From: Octopus vulgaris | Lineage: Eukaryota | NCBI GenBank assembly: GCA_951406725.2 | Contig: OX597827.1 | Coordinates: 496,001 to 560,000, forward strand | DNA length: 64,000 nt | Direction: 5' to 3' | Program-made: the position numbers and the translations under genes | Shown here: positions 55,105 to 64,000 of the stretch, in pieces | Position numbering within the stretch: position 1 is the first letter of the stretch | How the letters are laid out: every line of letters starts with the position of its first letter | The notes under the pieces: model-generated | Databases searched by the model: none | Told to the model about the DNA's origin: nothing | What the model saw: the letters and a program-made list of their open reading frames with translations, nothing else

Positions 55105-56480
55105 CTCAGGAGTGGGTGTGTAGTAGAAGCTTACCTCCCAATGATATGGTTCTGGGTTCAGTCTCACTGCGTGGCACCTTGGACAAGTGCTTTCTACTAT
55201 AGCCTCGAACCGACCAAAGCCTTGTGAGTGAATTTAGTAGACGGAAACTGAAAGAAGCCCGTCGTATATATATACGTATAATATATTATGTATGTACGTA
55301 TATATATATGTATGTGTGTGTGTGGTGTGTATATATATATGTATTTATATGTATGTCTTTGTGCCTGTGTTTATCTTCCCACCATCGCTTGACAACCGAT
55401 GTTGGTATATTAATGTCCCCGTATCCTAGCGGTTCGGCTAAAGAGAGCGATTGAAGAAATATCAAGCTTAAAAACTAAAAATTACTGGTGTCGATTTATT
55501 TGACTAAAATTCTTCAGGGCGGTGCACCAGCATGGCCGCTGTCTAATGACCGAAACAAGTAAAAAAATTAAAGAATAAAAGAAGTATATATATATATATA
55601 TATATATATACGTACCTATACACATACACACGTATATATCACTCAGATATAACGAGAACTTACAAGCATTGTAAATTGCTTTGTCAGTCAGTCAGATCAG
55701 CATTATATTATAACGACTTTGTTTCTATACAAGAGCATTCAATTAGAAAAAATCAGATGCATCACATCTGTTTACGCCACAGACACAAATAAACGTATAC
55801 ATAAAAACATGAAGACAATGAATGCACACACAGATGCAAAATGACAATGAGAATAACCATTCAGTGAAGCGCTTTAAATTTCTTCCTTCACAAACAAACC
55901 TCATGGTTCTTAACCGGGATCCATACGGCCCTTTGAGGTGGGGGGGGGGTCTATATAAGATTTGTTAAAAGTTGCGTACAATAAATTGGTTATCGTTCTA
56001 CAATACATTAAATATTTAAATAGTTTTTATACAGGTAAGGCGCGGGCGCGGGTGCGGGGTTTGGTTAGAAGTTTGTTTCTCAACTACATGGTACCGGGTT
56101 CAATCCCACTGCGTGGCCCCTTGGGCAATTGTCTTCTACTATAGCCTCGGGGTGTCCAAAGCCTTGTGAGCGGAATTTGGTAGACGGAAACTGAAAGAAG
56201 CCCGTCGTATGTGTGCATATATATGTGTGTGCGTGTGTATGTTCATGTCTGCGTTTGCCCTCCCCTCCCACCCACTGCTTGACAATCAGTGTTGGTGTGT
56301 TTACGTCCCTGTAACTTAGCGGTTCGGCAAAAGACAGAATAAATACCCGATTTAACAAAAAAAAAAGAAAGGAAAGAAAAATAAGTACTGGGGTCGATTC
56401 ATTCGACTAAAAATTTTTCAATGTGGTGCCCCAGCATGGCCGTAGTCTAATCACTGAAGCAAGTAAAAGATAAACGATAA
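54830..56480 (+). mobile_element. SINE family B copies (54830-55035 partial, 55102-55585, 56038-56480)
   Basis: Family B motifs. Confidence 0.85.
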
Positions 56481-56489
56481 TAGCAAACA

Positions 56490-56800
56490 ACAAACACGCA
56501 ATCACACTAACAAGCTAGAGATGACCGACGTGATTCATAAAATTGACTGCAAACGTAGAAATTGTACATTTCATGACTCTAACTATTACATTGGTCATAT
56601 AAGTACAACACTCTCCCGCCAGCTTACAATGCATCTACAACAAGGAGCAATTACAATGCTTTCACCACCCAAAAGAAAACCAAATAGGAAAATATTAGTT
56701 AGTGCTCGACACATCGATTATTTTATAGATTTCTTCGCAAAAATAGTGGTTAATCATAGAGGTGATGCAGCACAATGTTAAAATAAACAGCTAAAGTACA
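56490..56800 (+). mobile_element. Penelope-like GIY-YIG endonuclease remnant
   Basis: Reads TDVIHKIDC..NC..YYIGHISTTLSRQLTMHLQQGAI (VIY..C....YIG.T...L..R...H pattern). Confidence 0.7.
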
Positions 56801-56882
56801 ATAATCAGTGACGGATAACAGTTACTTGTCTATAAACACACAAGTGCGTGTGTTTAAACCTGATCTATACCTATGTATGTAC

Positions 56883-56921
<39 letters not shown>

Positions 56922-57022
56922 GAATGGCACCGCGAGTGTCGCGTTGCTCTCAAGCAACTCTGCCGCTCTACCTTGTAATTTGTTCTATCTGTGTGCAGCC
57001 CTTTGTGGCTAATAAAGAAACA

Positions 57023-57074
<52 letters not shown>

Positions 57075-57292
57075 CCCCCACACATACACACACGTATATA
57101 ATATTACGCTGAGTACAAAAAACAAACAAAAGACACAAGATATAATAGTGATAATTGTGGTTAATTAATAATTTTGTAATCAGTGGGCGCATTGTGTGTC
57201 TCAATTTTCATGTACAGTCTATACGGATATAAGGCAGAAAATTGTCAGATTGGTTTATAGCGCAACATAGAATGTCCCGCAGTTGTTTCTAG

Positions 57293-57690
<398 letters not shown>

Positions 57691-58017
57691 ACAGGAAAAT
57701 AAGCCTATATGTAGGATCTCTAGGAATGATAAAAAAAGGTGCTGAAACCTATTTGAATATGATTCCAGGCTTACCATCCCTACATGAAGTGCAAAAAATC
57801 GTATTAACTGGAATGGCTCATGTACTGAGAAGAGCACTATCGCTGTGAAAATAACATCCATCCATGAATTTATTTATTTATTAATTTTTAAATACATATT
57901 TTATCTGTGAATTTGCGCGTGTAATCTGGGAATGCTTGCAATGCCCTTCTCTGCCCTAGGTGTATGGAAAACACTCGGCGAGAAACGGAAGAAAATTTGA
58001 AGAAAGAAGGAAAAAAC

Positions 58018-58018
<1 letters not shown>
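57691..58018 (+). mobile_element. 3'-terminal fragment of an R4/Dong-like LINE, flanked on both sides by (AAT)n
   Basis: Reads VGSLGMIKK..IPGLPSLHEVQKIVLTGMAHVLRRAL*, homologous to the C-terminus at 1470-1600. Confidence 0.85.
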
Positions 58019-58055
<37 letters not shown>

Positions 58056-58471
58056 CTTATTTCGCTTCCCTGGACTTTCAGTTCGGTTTTACTTTCTAAG
58101 CTTAACAGAGATCAATTATTTAGTACCACCGAAGTACCACAGTCGATTCTCTCTCACTCTCTCTCTCTCTCTCTCTCTTCGTCTTTTTCTTGCAATCGGT
58201 TTTGCGGAGGATCGTGAAGGTTTAGCATCGTAAATATAAATAAATAAATAATAAAACAGTGAAAATAAGTTTGTACTTGTATGTATCTCAGCCAACATTC
58301 ACTTATATATTGGAAATATTATGTGTGTGTGTATAAGGAAAATAAGACAACGGAGAAAATACTAAAATAAGTTTATCACGAAGAACATTTTAGTACCGGT
58401 TCCAATCATTGCGAATTTTTCAATTTAGAGTAAAGTATGAAAAATAATTAAATTGTGGAAAAATTAGATGA

Positions 58472-58502
<31 letters not shown>

Positions 58503-58509
58503 GTATGTA

Positions 58510-58560
<51 letters not shown>

Positions 58561-58577
58561 GTGTGTGTGTGTGTGTG

Positions 58578-58625
<48 letters not shown>

Positions 58626-58707
58626 AGTATTTCGGGATGGTCATTCTTTTTCTGTTTTGAAAAGTAAACACATATATATACACACACTCACACACACACA
58701 CACACAC

Positions 58708-58777
<70 letters not shown>

Positions 58778-59279
58778 CATACATATATATATATGCATAT
58801 ATATATATATATATATATGTATGTATATATGTATGTATGTATATATATAGAGAGAGAGAGAAAGAGAGAGAGACATACACACATGTTATATATATATATA
58901 TATTTGATTGTGAGAGCTTGTTTGCTTCTAGCAATATCGGATATATTACAGTACGTGACTGTTCTGACTTTCCACTGTTGAAGTCCATTACTTAACTTTG
59001 CATAAAAACTCTCTCATTCATTATTAGTTATCAACATTTCAACTGTTTCATCATCCTATTAATTAAGTTTTAATTAATTAGTTTTCAGTTAAAATTAGCT
59101 TTACATACAGGTAGTTTTGTTTGATATTGATATATACGAGTATGTATAAATAGTAGTTAGTGCAACTGGTTTTTACTACATCTCTCTCTCTCTCCCCTCA
59201 TATGGTGTGTGTGTATACGTGTGTGTGTGTATGTGTGTACACACACACACACGCACACACATATATATATATATATTTG

Positions 59280-59464
59280 TTTCATTCATTAGACTGCGGC
59301 CATGCTGGGGCACTGCCTTCAAGAAATTTGGTCGAACGGATCGAGCTCAGTAACAAAGTTTGGTACTTCTATCGATATCTTTTTTTACCAAACTGCTAAT
59401 TTACGGGGACGGTTAGGACCTGTTGCCAAACGGTTGTACCACGCGCGCGCACACACACACACAC

Positions 59465-59540
<76 letters not shown>

Positions 59541-60685
59541 ACATACATATACGGCGGGTTTCTTTCAGTTTCCGTTTACGAAATCAACTCAAGACTTTAG
59601 TCGACCCAAGGTTTTGATAGAATGCACTCGTCCAAGATGCTACACAGAAGGACCGAACCCAGAACGACGTGGTTGGGAAGCAAAATTGTTATCACATAAC
59701 ATTATATACTTATGTCTGTAAAAGAGGATCTGAGTCCTCGTTCGCCAGGGACTGAGTTATATACTTGTGCCAAATCTTTCAATTTGGACAAATTCATGAT
59801 GTCTCATTGGTGTAACTGTGGTGGTGGTGGTGGAGGTAAATGTGCGTGTGTGCGTATGTATGTGCGCGCGCGTGTATGTATGTGTATGTGTGCGTGTATG
59901 TGTGTGTGTGTGTGTGCCTGGTGGATATTGGTGACAATTTAACAATAACACCGAAGGCACGTGGCTCAGTGGTTAGGGTGTTCGGCTCATGATCATAAGG
60001 TCCAGAGTTCAAATCCCGGCGGCACGTTGTGTCCTTGAGCAAGATACTTTATTTCATGTTGCTCCAGTCCACTCAGCTGGCAAAAATGAGTAGTAGCTGT
60101 ATTTCAAAGGGCTAACCTTGTTACACTCTGTGTCACATTGAATCACCCTAAGAACTACGTTAAGGGTACATGTGTCTGTGGAGTACTCAGCCACTTGCAC
60201 ATTAATTTCATGAGCAGGCTGTTCCGATTAAGTGCCAGTATATCAATAATACTAAGGCAGCGAGCTGGTAGAACCGTTAGCACGCCGGGCGAAATGCTTA
60301 GTGGTATTTCGTCTGCCGCTACGTTCTGAGTTCAAATTCCGCCGAGGTCGACTTTGCCTTCCATCCTTTCGGGGTCGATTAAATAAGCACCATTTACGCA
60401 CTGGGGTCGATGTAATCGACTTAATCCGTTTGTCTGTCCTTGTTTGTCCCTTCTATGTTTAGCCCCTTGTGGGCAATAAAGAAATAAGAAACGTTAGCAC
60501 GCCGGGGAAAATGCTTAGCGGCATTTCGTCTGGTTTCATGTTCTGAGCTCAAATTCTGAGCGGACAACTTTGCCTTTCATCCTTTTGGGTCGATAAAATA
60601 AGTGCCATCTGAGCTCTGGGGTCAATGTAATCGACTTACCCCTCCCCCTAAATTGCTGGCCTTGCGCCAAAAATTGAAATCAATA
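59280..60685. mobile_element. SINEs: B 59280-59700 (-), C 59955-60228 (+), A 60256-60487 and 60488-60685 (+)
   Basis: Family motifs. Confidence 0.85.
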
Positions 60686-61277
60686 TCTCAATAATACTCT
60701 GTTGCAGTCTATGTATGTAGCTCTGTAAATATGGAAGATCATCAAAGATACAATCTAGTGTACATACAATTATATATTTCTTAAGACAATTGACTGATAA
60801 ACTATGGATTAAAAATGAAAGTTAGTCATGAAAAAGAGCGAAAGGAATCTGTTTCGAATATAAGTAAATCTAGATATTAATAGTGTTATGGAGCTCAAAT
60901 CACAGTAAGATAATAAATTAAAGCTTAACTTTATATATAGAGACCAAGTTATAATGAAATCAAACAATATAGCATTTATATACTTATTCGATTTTATTTA
61001 TCAAAGATATCTCTGACATATACATGTATTTGATCTATTTGTCTGATTATTAACCGATAAAGAATTGAACACACATACACGCACGCGCGTACACACACAT
61101 ACATACATGCAGACACACACACATGCACATGCACTATTTGAAACATGGTTCCGGATTCTGTCCCACGAGGTGACTCTTTGGGCGAGTGTCTTCTGCTATA
61201 GCGCTGGGCCGACCAGAGCCTACTGAGAGTATTTGGTAGACGGAAACTGAAAGAAGCCCGCCGTGTATGTGTGTGTA

Positions 61278-61355
<78 letters not shown>

Positions 61356-61389
61356 GCTAGCTAGCTAGCTATTTGTCTGTCTGTCTGTC

Positions 61390-61423
<34 letters not shown>

Positions 61424-61669
61424 ATTGATATAGGATAAAAATTTTTTCGGGAAAAAAATTTTATCAATGGCCAGCATATCAAAAAATGCCTTTAAAGGTA
61501 AAATTTATACATAATTTACAAGATAAGGGCAGAAGAAAATTCTAATGCCAGATACGCCGAAACAAAAAAATTTTCGAGACCCATAAATTTAATGGTTATC
61601 GACAATTTTTTTGTTTCAAAAGAAAGAAAGACCTCAATATTCTGTAAATAGAGGAAATTTATTCTTCTG

Positions 61670-61712
<43 letters not shown>

Positions 61713-61723
<11 letters not shown>

Positions 61724-62000
61724 TTAGAGACAAAACCACTATTATGCAAATCAAACAAAGAAAGACTTAATCCAATACATAAAAATTAAGTTATCCACTA
61801 CAATTGTTTCCTGTCACTTCTAATTTAAAATTGAATAGAAGGTCTTGAAACCACCTGATGAATGTCCTTATAAGTGACAGGAAACAATTGTAGTGGATAA
61901 CTTAATTTTATTTAATTTATATAAATTTTTTTATGTATTCGATTAAGTCTTTCTTTGTTTGATTTGCATAATAGTGGTTTTGTCTCTAATTAATATTATA
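61713..62000. repeat. Asymmetric fold-back inverted repeat (inverted pLTR-like)
   Basis: 61713-61819 is the reverse complement of 61872-62000, apart from an indel of about 20 bp. Confidence 0.9.
61851..61896 (+). ncRNA. Type I hammerhead ribozyme motif, intact core
   Basis: ccac-CTGATGA-a-tgtc-cttataagt-gaca-g-GAA-ACAATTGT-A-gtgg: stem I ccac/gtgg, stem II tgtc/gaca, palindromic stem III, GUA triplet. Confidence 0.8.
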
Positions 62001-62079
62001 TTATATTTTACTATAAAATTGGATTCAATCCTAAATCTGAATTTTCCCTGTAAATTTGGATTTATTCCCTAATATTTGT

Positions 62080-62130
<51 letters not shown>

Positions 62131-62469
62131 TTGTGTGGATGCGTGCGTCTATGTGTGTGTGACTTTGTACTTATTCCCCACCACTAGTTGACAACAAATG
62201 TTAACGTGTTTAGTTCCACGTGACTTAGTGCTTTGGCAAAAAGTGACCGACGAAATAAGTACCAAGAAAAGAAAATTTGAAAAATCCTCGCCGAACCAGA
62301 GAAATTACTATTTATGTGGATGTGCAATTCCGAAAATCCTCCGAGGCATTCTATTGTGAAAATTACTAGGAAACGACGGGATACTCAGCGCATGCGAGTT
62401 TGTACACACACACACACACACACAGATTTCACACGCACATGCATATGTATATACGTATTCATAATTTAC

Positions 62470-62500
<31 letters not shown>

Positions 62501-62636
62501 CGCATCCATACATATATATACATATACAAACATGCATACATACATACACACACACATATATGTATGTGTACATATATATATATGTATGTATACATAAATA
62601 TAAACATGTATATATATATATATATTTATAGAAGGA

Positions 62637-62685
62637 GCTTCTACAGGACTAGAACTGTTTCATTCAAAAGAAATCATCAGAGATG
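62637..62685 (-). ncRNA. Hammerhead-like motif with intact core and poor stem I
   Basis: Minus strand reads CTGATGA-tttcttttgaat-GAA-ACAG-ttctagtc-CTGT-A, flanked by (TA)-rich repeats. Confidence 0.5.
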
Positions 62686-62741
62686 TAAATTTGTATATTA
62701 CAGTTAATGTGTGTGTATATATGTATATATACGTATATATA

Positions 62742-62796
<55 letters not shown>

Positions 62797-63178
62797 ATAA
62801 AACATCCAGGGATAGCATTCTGATTGAATCTTCCATTAGTTAAGATGTACCTCCTTGCCACAATGTAAACTTCCATTTAATCAAGATATCCTTGACCTGA
62901 GGAATAGCGTTGCGGTATACACCTCGCTTGGATATTTACCACTTCTGAGGTTCTGCTCGCTATGAAACATAGGCAGCCCCGATCTTATCTACATCATTCC
63001 TTAACACTTGTGTGTATGTGTGTGTGTATGTGTGTATGTATGTATGTATGTACGTACGTATGTATGTATGTATGTATGTATGTATGTATGTATGTATGTA
63101 TGTATGTATGTATGTATGAATCTATGTATGTATGTATGTATGTATGTTTGTATGTATGTATGTATGTATGTATGTATG

Positions 63179-63281
<103 letters not shown>

Positions 63282-63379
63282 AGAAATTAAATATAAAATA
63301 TAAATTACAAAGTGGGACAAAAACGCAAAAACACACAAAGAGACGACACAAAAAAAAAACAGACGGGTCACTCGAAGCC

Positions 63380-63976
63380 TCTATATATAGTATATATAAA
63401 TCACAGTATGTGTGTGTATATTGACTAACGCATACATTTCCACAATTCTCAACCGATTTCCACCAAACTTTACGCACACTCTGTTTATGTGCCAAGGATG
63501 GTTTTGCACCATTAAATTTTGACCAGAGCTTCCGCTTAAATTTGACAAACCAGGAAAATCGCTGGTTTACATGAGTTTTTCTCTAATTCGTTGTATGTAC
63601 ATAGTTTTTTTTTTGTATGTAGGAGTCTGCCTTACATTTTAAATATGTATGGTCGTATATTGGCATCAGAGAATATTTTTTTGTGGTTTTTCACTTTGTT
63701 TGATTTATTATTTATTTATATGTTGTAATTGTGTATTATTACTTCCTATATTTTTTATATGTGTATTGGGGTATATTGTTTGAGGGTTTTGGTTAGAGAA
63801 TATTATAAAAGTGAATGGATTTTGCCTGTTTATTAACTTCGACTATTTTCTATACTTTTTAAATCTATATGGTTGTATATTTGCATTACAGAATATTTTT
63901 TTTAGTTGTTTTCACATTTAAAAAATTTATTATTTATTTATATGTTAAACCGTCCAAAGACGGGTGCGTTTGCTAG
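63380..63976 (+). mobile_element. Probable non-autonomous Helitron
   Basis: 3' end has the hairpin ccgtc-caaa-gacgg 9 nt upstream of CTAG, followed by T. The 5' end is TCTATATATA..AAA (boundary less certain). No TIR or TSD. Confidence 0.7.
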
Positions 63977-64000
63977 TATGTATGTATGTATATATATATA

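Larger units (their letters stand above)
61146..62265 (+). mobile_element. SINE family B expanded by two nested (TA)n-flanked inserts
   Basis: The 5' half ends gaaagaagcccg at 61260; the 3' half resumes at about 62170 (caccactagttgacaac). Confidence 0.75.

Noticed and set aside
62800-62965. Possible retroelement coding fragment
   Set aside because: No diagnostic motif in any frame.

Overview
Eukaryotic, AT-rich, repeat-dominated DNA with no recognisable intact host gene. It is most likely intergenic or intronic sequence from an octopod cephalopod; this is an inference from the SINE families and the extreme density of (TA)n, (CA)n, (TATG)n, (TCTA)n and (AAT)n microsatellites. Almost all ORFs in the track are microsatellite or SINE artefacts. 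Recognisable elements: (1) four R4/Dong-like RLE non-LTR retrotransposon pieces, including a near-intact 3' half at 1-1710, three of them abutting (AAT)n; (2) two RTE-like LINE tails; (3) Penelope-like (GIY-YIG) remnants; (4) five Tc1/mariner remnants, a hAT/Charlie-type MITE with an 8-bp TSD and a probable non-autonomous Helitron; (5) dozens of copies of three tRNA-derived SINE families; (6) a 19-unit, 32-bp minisatellite. The most interesting signal is a population of short non-coding inserts inside or next to microsatellites. They carry minimal type I hammerhead-ribozyme (HHR) motifs: about ten motifs from several families, two with an intact core and stems, and one family with a compensatory U3-A8 core. 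Several of these inserts form asymmetric fold-back inverted repeats, and a related 615-bp near-perfect palindrome lies at 30702-31316. All coordinates were read by eye; element boundaries are approximate.
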